NCBI GenBank assembly: GCA_964035575.1 | Contig: OZ037841.1 | Coordinates: 310,001 to 374,000, forward strand | Direction of reading: 5' to 3' | DNA: 64,000 nt | Source: Rhynchopus sp. YZ270_cl-10 | Taxonomy: Eukaryota | Shown here: piece by piece, positions 37,601 to 48,139 of the stretch | How positions within the stretch are numbered: position 1 is the stretch's first letter | How the letters are laid out: each line of letters opens with the position of its first letter | Notes under the pieces: model-generated | What the model saw: the letters and a program-made list of their open reading frames with translations, nothing else | What the model was told of the DNA's origin: nothing | The model's database searches: none | Program-made: the position numbers and the translations under genes

Positions 37601-40600
37601 CTCAGCAACAAGGTTGTTCGCCGCCATCAACCCGGTACCACGCGTCCAACCAATCGAGGCACCAACAATGGTCAGGTACTTCCCCCACTTCTCGCTGTGC
37701 CATTTGTTGAAGAGCACCTCAAGGCCGATCTTCGACTCTGCGTACAGTCCGTCGCCTCCGAAGATTCCGTGGTTGGGGCTCATCGGGAGCAGCACCTGGG
37801 TGGGGCGCGACTCCTGGTCGATCGCCTCCTTGCGGGTCTTCACCATTCCGAGCAGACGCAGCACGTTGGTCAGCATGATTCTGTGTGCAAGCTCGGACCT
37901 GGATCCGATGTTGTCGATCTCCATGCCCTGCTCAGAGATCGCTGCGAATGGGATGATGAAGTCGATGTCCGTCGCGAGGCCCTCCGACTTCACGTCGTCA
38001 TACACAAAGTCGACCAGCGACTTGATGTCGGTCTGCGAGCCTCCGTTGAACGGCGTGACGTGCAGGGCAGACCCCTTGGCACCCCACGACTCATACACCT
38101 CTCTGTAGAAGTCGCACGTCTTGCGGGAGTAGGACGACGTCGTGCAGATGACCTTGCACCCTCCTGCCAGCAGCATCTTCACAATCTCAATGCCAATGGA
38201 GCCACGGCCACACCCTGTGCACAGCGCAACCTTGTTCTGGAAGGTGATGCCCGCGTTCGCAATCTCCGCAAGAGAGTCGAGGTACACCTCTGTCAGCTTC
38301 TTGTTGTACTCGAACGCCATGGGGTCCTCTGTGCTGCGTCCCTTCAGGTGGAGCATGGGTGGAAGCTCGGTGGCGCGCTTCTTCTTCGGGTCCTCTGCAG
38401 CCTGGTTTGCAAGCATCGCAACAGGCTTGGCCATCTCCTTCGCGTACTCCGCGTAGCTTCCGATGAGGTCGCGCGGGACTTCCTTGTAGCTGATGACTCC
38501 GTCCTCGCTGACGTTCGTGCATGGCGCCATCGGGCGTTCCACGGTGACGTAGCGGGGCGCTGCAGTCAGAATCTTCCGTGCGTTCTCGGTGTCAAGCATC
38601 CAGACCGCTTCGAAGGGTTTGATCTCGCGTGCAAGAAGGTACCCTGCTGCCTTCAGTCTGTTGAAGAAGCTGCCTCCCTTCGCGTACGCAATGGTGTTGT
38701 AGTACTCAATGAAGTGGAAGAAGCGTTCGTCCGCACGGTTCATGATGTGCCAGACGAGACGTTGGTGTTCAACGGAGAGGGTAGGGGGCTTGATGAGCTC
38801 GTGGATCATGTCGTACATGAACTTCATGTAGTCCTGCTGTGCCCAGTTCCATGCGGCGCTGTAGGTGCGTGCCTTCATGCGGGAAAACTTCGGCACAATG
38901 CCCTCCAAGAAGTCTTCACCCAGCTCCTCTCTGATGCGGTCCAGCTCTGCCTGCAGGTCTGCTGTGTTTGTCTTTGCAATCTCGGCTTCGTTCCAACCAG
39001 AGCGGAGGTCCTCGCCGAGGTACGTCGCGAAGAGGGTCATCTGCTCGCGAACGAATTGGTCCTGCTTCTTCTGCATGGCAACGAGCTCGCCGCTGGAGAT
39101 GGAGGGGCCGGCCATCATGACGGCACCGCCACCTCCTCCGCCACCTCCTCCCAGGGTGACGCCGTTGAGCGATGCGTAGGAAGCGACCTGTTCGTCCCAG
39201 TATGTCTTCGCATCAGCGTCGCTTGCAATGCGTGCACCCGGCTCGGAGGCGACAGCGTGAAGGAGCACACCATCCTGACGACCAGAGGCAAGCCCCTTCG
39301 AGGAAAGGTGTGCACGCACCGCGCTCATTCCAAAGCTACCAGGCATCTTTGCAGAGATCAGCTTCTGGGTGAGACGCTGTCCAAGCTTGCCGAGGCCTTT
39401 GTAGGACTCCGCAAGCGCAGCGGCAACCTGACCCAGCGGCATCTCCGCAGCACCGTCGATCTTGTTGACCGCATCCCCAAACTCAAGCTGCAGATCTCCA
39501 ATGATCTCGTTCTGCAGTGTGCTCTTGCCGGCGACAAGCTCCTTGATAGATTTGGTGTCAAGCGCAGCGGACGGCTTGGTCTTCATCTTCGAACCTACGA
39601 GGACACGGATCAGCTCCAATGATGTGACAGCTGCGTCGGGCACGTCGGCAGGCGCACCACCACCACCACCAGCGGGTGCTGCCATCATCATGGGTGCCCC
39701 TGCAGCAGGTGCAGCTGCCCCCAAGGTGATGCCCTGAGACGCAGCGTACGCAGTGGCAATGCTGTCGAGCCACGCCTTGCCCTCACCCTCAGAGCCCAGA
39801 CGCTTTGCAGGCTCCATGGTCAGTCCAAAGAGCAGCGCGCCATCGGTACGTCCAGACCCAAGACCATGCGCAGTGTTGAAGTGTGCCTTGACCTGACCCA
39901 TCCCAAAGCCTCCAGGAAGCTTCGTGCCCACCATCTTAGAGACCATCGCGCTGGTGACCTTCCCAAGCGCCGCGGTTTCAAGAGACTTCGCAAGGTTCTG
40001 CAGTGGCTCCTCCTCGGGTTTGTCTGCCTGGAATCCAGGGAACTCCTGGCCCAGATCTCCAAGGATTTCGTTTTGGAGTGTGCTGCGGCCGCCGACCAGC
40101 TCTTTGATGGATTTGGTCATGGGAACTTCTGCGAGGGGCTTGCGGACACGGGTGGAGACGAGCACACGGAGGATTTCTGCTGAGGTGATGGGGACGTCTG
40201 CGACACCTGCGGCAGGGCCTGCTGCTGCGGGCGCTGCGACGGCAACCGGGGCAGCTGCAACGGGCGCTGGGGTCGGCGCAGCTGGGGTGGCTGCTGCAGG
40301 CGCTGCAGCTGGTGCGTCCTCTGCGGAGTAGTACAGCTCATCATGCTGCTTGATGACGTGCAGGATGGTACGCCTGAAGGACGACGCGTCGTCGTGCTTC
40401 TCATACTTTGCCTTGAGCGTTCTGTTCGCCATCGTTGTCAAGGTCGGCTCGGGTCCAATCTCCACAACACGCTCAATGCCGTACTCACCGAAGATCACAT
40501 CCTGCGTCTCGATCCACCTCACCGGAGACGCGAATTGGTACGCAAGCAGCTCAATAAGGAGCGTGTAGCCGAGCTCCTGCTGCTGCGCGGCGTTCATTTG

Positions 40601-43600
40601 GTCCTTCCAGTCGGCGAGAACCTCGGCAAGCTTGGGCGATTTGCTGGAGCGGTGGACAGTCTCGACGAAGTCGCGAGAGATGTCGAAGGGGCGGGCAACA
40701 AGGTTGGGGATGTAGCGCTCCTTCAGGACCTTGACGTCGACCCAGTCAACGTTCAGCTTTTGCTTGAGAAGCTCGCGGAACGGCGCCACCCCCGAGAGGA
40801 GGAAGTACGAGTGGAACGGCACGTCAATGCCAGGGAGAGGGATCGTCGCAAAGCCACGCTCAGACATCGCACGCCCGCCGTTGACTGCCTTCCGCTTCTG
40901 GCTCTTCTCGAGGCTCCCCTTGACGATCTTGCCGAGGTGCTCGATGACAGCCTCCTTGCCCATCTTCTCGAGCAGCTTGGTGACGTTCATTTTTTCGATT
41001 TTCACGAAGTTGAGGACGTTGGAGAGACAGTCGAGGGTGGTCAGCTCTCCTGAGACGACGTACTGCTGTCCGGTCACGTTGTAGTTCACAATCTGCACGA
41101 CGTCGCCGGACTGCTGCTTGATTGAGTCGACAACGATCTGGAGTGCGTCTTGGTCGAACCCTTCGGCAACCCTTCCGGGGTTGACAGCAACCATTCCGTA
41201 GTCAGAACGGCCTTGGGTGTCGCGCGGGACTGCCACCTGCATGGTCATGCCTCGGTAGAAGACGACGTCGACCAACGCCTCGATCGAGAGCACCTCCGCA
41301 AGCGCCGCAAGCGAGGAGTACTCCCCAAGCGAGTGTCCTGCGAAGCAGGCGTCACGCTGGACAAGACCCTTCTCCTCCATGTCCTTGTACGCGGCCACCT
41401 CCATGAGGGTCAGTGCAGGCTGTGTGAACTGCGTCGCGTGGAGCAGCCCCTTCGGCGAGCTGAAGGTGTGGAAGGGCGACTTCTCGGTGACGCCAGGGAA
41501 CAGCGGGAGGGACCGCATGGTGCCGTCCGCCTGCACCACCTCGTAGACAAGGCTGCGGTAGTTGTCCCTCATCAGCGCACCCTGCTTTCCTCCAAAGTGG
41601 ATGGTCAGCTCCTTCGGGTTGCGGCGCACCACATCCAAAATGGAGAACCCATAGCTCGACCGCAGATGGCTGTCAGCACGGTCCCACAGCTGCTTCGCAA
41701 CAGACGACGCACCGTACAGCTCCATCCCCATGCCCTGCGACTGCGAGCCCTGTCCTGTGAAGATGTACGCAGTGGGCGCCTCCTCCACCTCAGCCACTCC
41801 CTTCAGCACCGCAGTACCATCCTGTGTCGAGACCGAGACGTTGATGAGCTTCTTGCCCTGCGTCATGCCGACGTGGGTGAGGGTGGTTGTGAGAACGTCT
41901 CCAGGCATCACCATGCCGACGAAGTCCACGCTGTACAGCCCAATACGGTGCGGCTGGTTGTCTGCCGCAAAGGTCTCCACAATACGACGGATCGACGCAG
42001 ACGTCCACATGCCGTGCACGATGGTGTTGGGCAGCCCTGCAAGGTCGGCGAAGTAGGGGTTGGTGTGGATCGGGTTGGTGTCGCCACTGACAACAGAGTA
42101 CGGCATGTTCACGTCGGGGCACTGTGTCGACGCATCAAACACTTCGTCGCTGATCTCCAGCACCCTTGCAGAGTCAAACAGAGATTGGTCCTTGACCGGA
42201 ATGGCGTGGCGTGTCAGGAAGCTCGCAACCGGGTCCTGCTCGATGTCGGACCCCTCGAAGGAGATGGTGCCGATGCGAACGTCCTCCTTAGTGGAAAGCT
42301 TGATGAAGACGTCGCCGGTGACGCTGAGGTGCGAGAACCCGCCCCCAGCCTTGAACTTCTGCATCGACTGTGTGTTGAAGGTCAGCTCCGACCCCTTCTT
42401 GACAAGGCTCGCGTCGGTCCAGCTGATCCACTTCTTGGAGGTGACGATCGCAGCAGAGGTAGCGTCCTTGAGGTGCATCTCATGCGGCTGGTGCATCTCA
42501 TGCGAGAAGGTGTTCCCCCAGTCGCTGCCCTCCCCGCGGTAGAGGAAGCGCGACACAATCTCGATGACCTTCTCCCCCCTGCGCGAGATCGTGCCCTTCA
42601 CGACCACCACCTTGTTGTCGTTGTCGTTCTGCACGGAGGTCACTTCGCCGACGGAGGAGAGCTCGTCACCCTCCTTGATCATCAACCCACGCTGCAGCAC
42701 GCGGAAGGAGTTCCCCATGTGCACCAGCGAGAGGAGGTTGCCGCCAATGCACTTCGCGAAAAGGGCTCTGACGACAGACTTCCATCCGACCACCATGGCG
42801 TAGTCGAGAGGTGCGTTGACGACGTGGTTGGTCGCAACGTAGGCCTCGTTCTTGTTGCCCACGACACGGCAGAAGTCGATGAGAGGTCCACGTGCCACAG
42901 TGATGCTAGCATTGTCGCTTCCAAGCGCGCTCAGCTCCCATGGGGAGCGTGGGTCGGCAAGCGCCTCCTTGGCAAGCTCGTCTCCCAGCCAGAGGCGTGC
43001 GTAGAACGATTTGACGCGGTCCACAGCGCCCTCCTCCACTTCGCGGATTGGGGTGACACCGTGCGCAGGGACGTATTCGTACTGGAGCTCGAGGTGGAGA
43101 GGTTCGCTGTGGTGCTGCGAGAAGGATGTGATTGCGAGGGTGATGAGCTTGCCTTCCTTTGTCACGATGACGGCCGGCGTGTTGTCGTCGTAGATCGTCA
43201 GCGACGTTGGGATGCGCTTCTCACCAATCGGCACCACCACTCTCTGCCCCGGTCTCGGACGCATGATGTCACGCACAACGTTCTTCACCCATCTGCTGTG
43301 CTTTCCGGTCCCCTTCACCACCTCCTTGCAGCAGAGGAAGGCCTTCAGCCAGGACGCAACATCGCCGGAGATTGCCTCAAGCCAGTCCTCCTGGGTTGGA
43401 AGCTCCGATGCGTCCGAGGCGATGACGAAGGTGTTCTCATCGTCAGACCCTCCCACCTCAACCGAGTCGGGGAGCGACACCGCCTGGGGAAGCGGACCAC
43501 CAAAGTACTCCACCTCCTCCACGACAGCGCCACGCTCCTGCAGGCCCTGGATCTGCCCCTCGTAGATGCCTCCAAGGATGTCTGCGACCGGCTCGTCTAC

Positions 43601-46600
43601 CTTGGTGCTGTACCTTGCAGCGACGGGTCCATGGAGGATGCACACTCTGCCAGCATCGTGTCCCATGACGTACTCCAGACCTTCGGACTGCCAGAGGGAG
43701 TCCTTCTTGAACCATGTGTTGAAGCGTGCGTCGAGGCAGGGCACAAAGGGGATAGGCTTCTGCGCAGGGAACGCACAAAGGGAGATGAAGTGGTCTGCGT
43801 CCTCGGTGCTGAGGGTCTGCCTGGAGGCTCCCTTGTAGAGCTCGAAGAAAGCGTCGAGGAAAGGGGCAGGCGAAGAGAGGACGTTGAAGTTGGGGATGAT
43901 CGAGGATCCTGCAGAGGTCGCGAAACGTTCTTCGACGCGTTTCATCCATTTGCCGGTGAAGTTGCGCAGTGTGACGTCGACCCAGGATCCGGCGATGTCG
44001 AAAAGAAGGGCAACAAGCCTGCGGGTCACCTCCTCGTAGGTCATGTATTCAACGCTGTCCACTGCAGTGCCGTCGGCCTTGGCGGGGAAGAAGACCTTCT
44101 GGCAGTCCTGGTTGAGGCGTTCGATGATGTGGTGCTTCTTCTCAAGGATCGCTGCGTACTGCTTGTCGCGTGGCAGGGAGAAGATCGTGTCGTCCAGCTC
44201 CTTCCAGAACTTCACCCCGCGGGTCGCGATCTTGTGGATCGGCTCGCCAAGCTCGGAGGTCACGGTGATGATGCCTCCGTGCGGCTTTTGGTACGTCGTC
44301 TCCCATGTTGCCTCCTCCTCTTCGGTGATGCCTGGTGCTTCGGCGATGAGCTTCTTCACATCGGGGGATGTCTCTGCTTCCTTTGCGACCATCAGGCGGG
44401 ACCCCATGAGCACTCCATCGAAGGGCATCGGGGAGCGTCCGAACTTTGTGGACCACTCTCCGGTGAGCCATTTGAGTGTGCTCTCTGCGTCACCAAGACC
44501 GCCTCCGGCAACGAGGATGAGGTTGGGGACACGTCTGCAGAGGCCGTAGGTGCGCAGAATGGCGTCGTGCTGGTCTTCGAAGGAGTGGTGACCTCCAGAG
44601 CGGCCACCAGTCCACTGCATGATGATCTGAACCTCGGGGTGCGCTTCGGCAATGGCAACAACCTGCTTGATGGTTCCCTCGGCACCAGGCTTGAAGGTGA
44701 TGTGCTTGACTCCTGCCTTCACAAAGGCTTCAATGTATTCGGCAGCCTTGTCAGGGGAGGGCACACCTGCAGCAATGGTGATTCCTTCGATGGGGATGCC
44801 ACGCCTGCGCAGCTCCTGGACGTGGGGGAACTGCATGCCCCAGAGGTGCTGGTTGAGGAACAGCATGTTGATGCTGACACCCTCCCCAGGGCGGGTGTTC
44901 TCCTGGATGTACTCGATCTTCTGGTCAAGCATCGACATCATGAAGTGCCCTCCCCCGGAGATCTCAATCTGGTATCCTGCATTGAGGGTGGCAGCGATCA
45001 GCTTCCCCGAGATGGTGGTGGGGGTCATGCCGGGCACAACAATGGGAGGACGGCCCATCAAGCGGGACAACCGGGTGTCAATGTGAACCTTCCCTGTCGC
45101 GGCGCAACGGACCAATTTGGGGGAAAACTTCTCTGCCCAGTTGACACCCTTCTGCGGCTCTGCAATCGTATCATAGAGAACGGCGCGGGGGAGAAGCTGG
45201 CCCGCATGCCCTGTTCCTGCTCCAGCAACAACGACCTGCGTGCCAGACCCGTCCAGGTTGTGGTGCACCAACTTCCCACACCCGGAGATACCCCCAGGTC
45301 CGAAGTCAACGACGTGCGAGACCTCGGCCTTGTTGAGCGATTTGCAGACGGCAGGCCAGTCGACAGGCGTCGCAAGGATCTCCTCTGCAAGCGTCGACGT
45401 CAGGTCCTCCGCCTTCCTGAGGTCAGACCCATCCTTGATCGAGAACACCGGAACCGCCAGGTCCGCTGCACCAAAGGAGAGGTTGAGCCTCTTGAAGTCC
45501 TCCTTCACCAACGCAGGGACGTCTGCCAGGTACGGCGAGTGGAAGGGCACGGTGGAGGGCAGGTACGTCGTGGTGAAGGGCGTCTTCCGCTTGGAGTAGG
45601 GGACACGGCTCTGGTCGGAGGACGCGGCACCCTTCATCTTGCGGAGTGCAACATTGAGACCGTACAGCGAGCGGTCAGGACCCGAGGTGACGATCTGGTG
45701 TGTGCCGTTGACGAGCGAGATGAACACCTTGCTCTCCTCCTCGAGGTATTGGTTCGTGTCGCTGACGACCTTCTTGACGGCAGCAACGGGGAGGGAGGTG
45801 ATGGACAGCATCCTCTGTGGGATGCCTTCGCCTGCTGCGTGGGAGTCCTGCAGGATCTTGGGGTTGCTTGTCACGGTCGGCATCTTCAACTGACTCCTCA
45901 GACCCATCCAGAACAGCATCCGCAGACACGTTGCACCCTTCTGCACAAACTCATCCCACGTCGTAGACCCTGCCACCACCACTGCAGGCAGCACACCTTG
46001 GCTGTGTCCGCTCGCACCCTTCAACAACTTCGCCATGTCTCCAGGGTTCAGCCCCATTGTCTTGAGCGACACTGCGTACTGCAGGAGTTGTGTCAGACCG
46101 ATGAGCGGCATGGAGACTGGGGCGGAGATGAGGTAGTGGCTGGAGGGGACTTTGTTCTCGTCTTTCATCCAATCGAGGACGTTGAGTCCTTTGAGGACGA
46201 GGCTGGAGGCGGCTGCTTCGGGGGAGGTGGCATCTTCCTGGAGGGCAGCGGTGAAGGTGACGAGCATGTCGTGCATGATGGGCTTGTAGCTCAGGTAGAG
46301 TGCCTGCAGTTCTGCGAAGTATTCGTATCCTTGCCCGCCGAAGACCGCGCCGACAGTGGTGTTGCCGTCCTGCGCACTGCGGACGAAGTTCGACTGTGGT
46401 GTGTACATCTGCGGGAAGCCCTGCGCCTTGAGGTGTGTGTTCGCCTGGAAAACAGCAGACAGCACGCTCTGCATCTCAGCCGGCTCCATGTCGACACTGT
46501 GCGCATCTTGTCCGCGCAAAAACTCGCTGTCCATATGCTCCATGCACGCCTTCAAAACCTCAATAGCATGGCTCTCTCTGCTCACGCAAAGGTACCTAAT

Positions 46601-46810
46601 AAAATGACTTAACAGATCGACGCTGCTCAGACTCTCGCTGCCAACGGATAAACGGGCGTTGATGAAACTCTGCACGATGTGCTGGGCTGCGGGCCAAATG
46701 TCGATTGGCACGCGGACCGTCACTTCGTGTGAGGTGTCTTTCAACGCCACAGCGCGTGTGGCAATGCGAGAACTGAATGAGTCCTTCAGGGTAGTCTTTT
46801 CAACAGGCAT
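34628..46810 (-). CDS. FAS: Single-chain fungal-type type I fatty acid synthase (AT-ER-DH-MPT-ACP-ACP-KR-KS-PPT), 4060 aa, intronless
   Basis: AT GHSQG; FMN-type ER GMTPTT and GGRSGGHHS; DH SGDTNPIH; MPT FTGQGSQ and FAGHSLGEY; two ACP motifs GGRSTLQNEILGDL and AGKSTLQNEIIGDL; KR TGCGRGSIG and YAESK; KS TPVGACATA, FHGTST, GHPKGAA, SFGFGQ; PPT GIGCDVE and WAAKEAVIKA. Confidence 0.97.
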   Translation of the reverse strand: MPVEKTTLKDSFSSRIATRAVALKDTSHEVTVRVPIDIWPAAQHIVQSFINARLSVGSESLSSVDLLSHFIRYLCVSRESHAIEVLKACMEHMDSEFLRGQDAHSVDMEPAEMQSVLSAVFQANTHLKAQGFPQMYTPQSNFVRSAQDGNTTVGAVFGGQGYEYFAELQALYLSYKPIMHDMLVTFTAALQEDATSPEAAASSLVLKGLNVLDWMKDENKVPSSHYLISAPVSMPLIGLTQLLQYAVSLKTMGLNPGDMAKLLKGASGHSQGVLPAVVVAGSTTWDEFVQKGATCLRMLFWMGLRSQLKMPTVTSNPKILQDSHAAGEGIPQRMLSITSLPVAAVKKVVSDTNQYLEEESKVFISLVNGTHQIVTSGPDRSLYGLNVALRKMKGAASSDQSRVPYSKRKTPFTTTYLPSTVPFHSPYLADVPALVKEDFKRLNLSFGAADLAVPVFSIKDGSDLRKAEDLTSTLAEEILATPVDWPAVCKSLNKAEVSHVVDFGPGGISGCGKLVHHNLDGSGTQVVVAGAGTGHAGQLLPRAVLYDTIAEPQKGVNWAEKFSPKLVRCAATGKVHIDTRLSRLMGRPPIVVPGMTPTTISGKLIAATLNAGYQIEISGGGHFMMSMLDQKIEYIQENTRPGEGVSINMLFLNQHLWGMQFPHVQELRRRGIPIEGITIAAGVPSPDKAAEYIEAFVKAGVKHITFKPGAEGTIKQVVAIAEAHPEVQIIMQWTGGRSGGHHSFEDQHDAILRTYGLCRRVPNLILVAGGGLGDAESTLKWLTGEWSTKFGRSPMPFDGVLMGSRLMVAKEAETSPDVKKLIAEAPGITEEEEATWETTYQKPHGGIITVTSELGEPIHKIATRGVKFWKELDDTIFSLPRDKQYAAILEKKHHIIERLNQDCQKVFFPAKADGTAVDSVEYMTYEEVTRRLVALLFDIAGSWVDVTLRNFTGKWMKRVEERFATSAGSSIIPNFNVLSSPAPFLDAFFELYKGASRQTLSTEDADHFISLCAFPAQKPIPFVPCLDARFNTWFKKDSLWQSEGLEYVMGHDAGRVCILHGPVAARYSTKVDEPVADILGGIYEGQIQGLQERGAVVEEVEYFGGPLPQAVSLPDSVEVGGSDDENTFVIASDASELPTQEDWLEAISGDVASWLKAFLCCKEVVKGTGKHSRWVKNVVRDIMRPRPGQRVVVPIGEKRIPTSLTIYDDNTPAVIVTKEGKLITLAITSFSQHHSEPLHLELQYEYVPAHGVTPIREVEEGAVDRVKSFYARLWLGDELAKEALADPRSPWELSALGSDNASITVARGPLIDFCRVVGNKNEAYVATNHVVNAPLDYAMVVGWKSVVRALFAKCIGGNLLSLVHMGNSFRVLQRGLMIKEGDELSSVGEVTSVQNDNDNKVVVVKGTISRRGEKVIEIVSRFLYRGEGSDWGNTFSHEMHQPHEMHLKDATSAAIVTSKKWISWTDASLVKKGSELTFNTQSMQKFKAGGGFSHLSVTGDVFIKLSTKEDVRIGTISFEGSDIEQDPVASFLTRHAIPVKDQSLFDSARVLEISDEVFDASTQCPDVNMPYSVVSGDTNPIHTNPYFADLAGLPNTIVHGMWTSASIRRIVETFAADNQPHRIGLYSVDFVGMVMPGDVLTTTLTHVGMTQGKKLINVSVSTQDGTAVLKGVAEVEEAPTAYIFTGQGSQSQGMGMELYGASSVAKQLWDRADSHLRSSYGFSILDVVRRNPKELTIHFGGKQGALMRDNYRSLVYEVVQADGTMRSLPLFPGVTEKSPFHTFSSPKGLLHATQFTQPALTLMEVAAYKDMEEKGLVQRDACFAGHSLGEYSSLAALAEVLSIEALVDVVFYRGMTMQVAVPRDTQGRSDYGMVAVNPGRVAEGFDQDALQIVVDSIKQQSGDVVQIVNYNVTGQQYVVSGELTTLDCLSNVLNFVKIEKMNVTKLLEKMGKEAVIEHLGKIVKGSLEKSQKRKAVNGGRAMSERGFATIPLPGIDVPFHSYFLLSGVAPFRELLKQKLNVDWVDVKVLKERYIPNLVARPFDISRDFVETVHRSSKSPKLAEVLADWKDQMNAAQQQELGYTLLIELLAYQFASPVRWIETQDVIFGEYGIERVVEIGPEPTLTTMANRTLKAKYEKHDDASSFRRTILHVIKQHDELYYSAEDAPAAAPAAATPAAPTPAPVAAAPVAVAAPAAAGPAAGVADVPITSAEILRVLVSTRVRKPLAEVPMTKSIKELVGGRSTLQNEILGDLGQEFPGFQADKPEEEPLQNLAKSLETAALGKVTSAMVSKMVGTKLPGGFGMGQVKAHFNTAHGLGSGRTDGALLFGLTMEPAKRLGSEGEGKAWLDSIATAYAASQGITLGAAAPAAGAPMMMAAPAGGGGGAPADVPDAAVTSLELIRVLVGSKMKTKPSAALDTKSIKELVAGKSTLQNEIIGDLQLEFGDAVNKIDGAAEMPLGQVAAALAESYKGLGKLGQRLTQKLISAKMPGSFGMSAVRAHLSSKGLASGRQDGVLLHAVASEPGARIASDADAKTYWDEQVASYASLNGVTLGGGGGGGGGAVMMAGPSISSGELVAMQKKQDQFVREQMTLFATYLGEDLRSGWNEAEIAKTNTADLQAELDRIREELGEDFLEGIVPKFSRMKARTYSAAWNWAQQDYMKFMYDMIHELIKPPTLSVEHQRLVWHIMNRADERFFHFIEYYNTIAYAKGGSFFNRLKAAGYLLAREIKPFEAVWMLDTENARKILTAAPRYVTVERPMAPCTNVSEDGVISYKEVPRDLIGSYAEYAKEMAKPVAMLANQAAEDPKKKRATELPPMLHLKGRSTEDPMAFEYNKKLTEVYLDSLAEIANAGITFQNKVALCTGCGRGSIGIEIVKMLLAGGCKVICTTSSYSRKTCDFYREVYESWGAKGSALHVTPFNGGSQTDIKSLVDFVYDDVKSEGLATDIDFIIPFAAISEQGMEIDNIGSRSELAHRIMLTNVLRLLGMVKTRKEAIDQESRPTQVLLPMSPNHGIFGGDGLYAESKIGLEVLFNKWHSEKWGKYLTIVGASIGWTRGTGLMAANNLVAEGIEKLGVRTFSTPEMALNLVSLMHPNVVKLAEHNPVWADLNGGLHLVQDLNNISSSLRASIREDAAQRSAVASEHNKEQESISKGAQPPTPSINVRANMQFAFPEVKNYETLSHDLGHLKGMVDPAKVVVVTGYGEVGPWGSARTRWQIEAEGKLSLEGCIELAWVMGFITYQKDPKYSGWVDTKSKKQLKDTDIKAEFEEKILNHTGVRFVEPELHDGYDPKKKTFMHQVSIDKDMAAVECGEDEAKAFKLQHGDSVDIWPTGDGVWQARLKKGAQMYIPKALNFSRTVAGQLPTGWDAERYGLPKDIIQQVDPVTLFTLVSTVEALVTSGITDPYEFYKYVHVTEVGNTSGGGIGGMSALQGIFRKRFLDQPVQNDILQESFINVMPAWVNLLLLSASGPIKTPVGACATAVESVEIGVETILSGKAKIVIAGGYDDFTEEGSYEFANMKATSNAHEELLKGRVPSEMSRPTTTSRAGFMESQGAGMHVLMSAEVAFEMGVPIYGIVALTNTAMDKEGRSVPAPGQGILTTARESRGVEAPRLLDFDWRKRQIKMERDNIARWVEGEHEYLTEELSRLPEEMPTAEREAVTAQRLQEIRDGARRKEQAALDVFGQGFFVNNPSIAPLRGALAVWGLNVDDISVASFHGTSTQANDLNESEVVNTQVAHLGRSPGNVLPTVFQKWLTGHPKGAAAAWMLNGCLQMLENQTIPGNRNADNVDEKLSNFKHLYFPSRTLKRVDIKACLLKSFGFGQVGGEVLLLHPDYILASLDEAQYNRYMAIRGQRQESSYKRYHESLTGGKLIQVKDAPPYTEEQTQTVYLDPLARATLDAKTGKYTFKSYTGPKIHRTAAGDAEKAVLAEKSSQKGIGCDVEVLNAIPIDNETFLERNFTDAERREAAAAASPRAAFAAKWAAKEAVIKAVSSFQDNGAAPVWDGPSAPLREIEVAADCTVSFQGRAAEAAATAGVKKVEVKIATSGLYSIAYAQAM

Positions 46811-46881
46811 CTTAGCGGTTGCGTGTAGTGTAGAACGAAAAAGAAAGTGGGGAAAAAAAAAGGGTTACAAAGGTTTCTTTG

Positions 46882-46917
46882 CTGAAGACAAAAAGAAAAA
46901 GAGAGTAAAAAAAAAGG
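46882..46917 (-). promoter_or_regulatory. Polypyrimidine tract plus CAG about 70 nt upstream of the FAS start; candidate (trans-)splice acceptor
   Basis: Minus strand reads ...CTCTCTTTTTCTTTTTGTCTTCAG. Function is inferred, not shown. Confidence 0.35.
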
Positions 46918-48139
46918 TGTAAAAAAATGTAAGTTTTCTCACTAAGTTAACAACTTCCGTAGTTTTTTTTTGTTTTTTTTGTCGTGCGAAGGGACAAGAA
47001 AAATAAAAGTTGGCGAAAAGTTGTGAAAGCGGGAAAAGCTTGGTTTTTTTTTTTTGCTTTTAAAGACTCTTTTCTTTTGTTGTTCAAACAAAAAGAAAGC
47101 GGTGTAGAAAAAAGTGTTCTAAAAAATATAAGAATAAAGGCGGAATATAAGTAATATAAGAGAGTGAGCAAGAGGCTTGAAGGCTTATAACTGTGTGGAG
47201 TGTTTGTGGGTGTTTTGCGTGGTTAGGGTTGGGAGAGAGAGGGGGAGGGAAATGGAGCAATACGCCAAAACTAAGATAACCGCAGCTTTTTTCATTGTGC
47301 AAAATATTCGAGCACGCCTTAGAGAAGAAAAATAAATGTGTGTTTTGAAAGAAATTGAACATTGACCTTTGGGTGACCCCCTGCCCGTAAGGGATAATGG
47401 GACAAGAGAAGGTGTCTGCGGGAGGTTGGGGATACATCCCAGGACGATGTGTGGACGTCGAGACCTTGAGTTTCACACAGTCGGCCGTCCTGACCCATTA
47501 TGTGTACGGTGTTAGAAAGCATGCGTGGAAGAATTCCTGCGTGCAGACAACTCCCAGTGTGTGTGTGGTGTTGAGAGGAAAAAAGAAAGTTGAGAGTTGA
47601 ATATGTGCAAAAAAAAGTAGAGTTGAAATACAAAGCCCTCTCGTAACAATGTACCTTGGTACAATGACCGGCTATACCGGGATGGACAGACCACGAAAAC
47701 ATCCATTTTCGTGGTTTACATCTGATAAAAAGATACCCAAGGTGGGTAGAGTAGCACAGAAAAGTCGCCTGAAGGGCGACTGCATTTCAGATATGCAGAT
47801 GAAGATCAACCCCAAACAATAATTATTTTGACAATGTGTTGGTTTAGTGTTGACCATGCAGACAGTCTTCACTATTTTCTTTATTTTTTTTTGCATGAGG
47901 CCATTTTTGTGGAAACAAAAAGATCCCCTTTTTATCCACAACGATACTGGAGCAAAACTGTGGAGATGAAGGAAGGGGGGTTGTGTGTCATATCAATTTT
48001 AGAGGGGGGAACACAAAGTTGACTTGGAATACAAAACCCTCGCATGACAGTGTACACGACGGTGAAGTAAATGACTTGACGTGGTTTTACTTGCGGCTTA
48101 CAACGGTGAAGCGGTTGCGGTCCTTAGGAGACAAATGTA

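Noticed and set aside
41150..46612. 1820-aa plus-strand ORF (also 36770-39622 and 35054-36610)
   Set aside because: Antisense shadows of the FAS gene in the mirrored codon frame; biased codon usage removes antisense stops. No recognisable motifs.
47221..47233. TTAGGG-like sequence
   Set aside because: Single occurrence, not a telomeric array.
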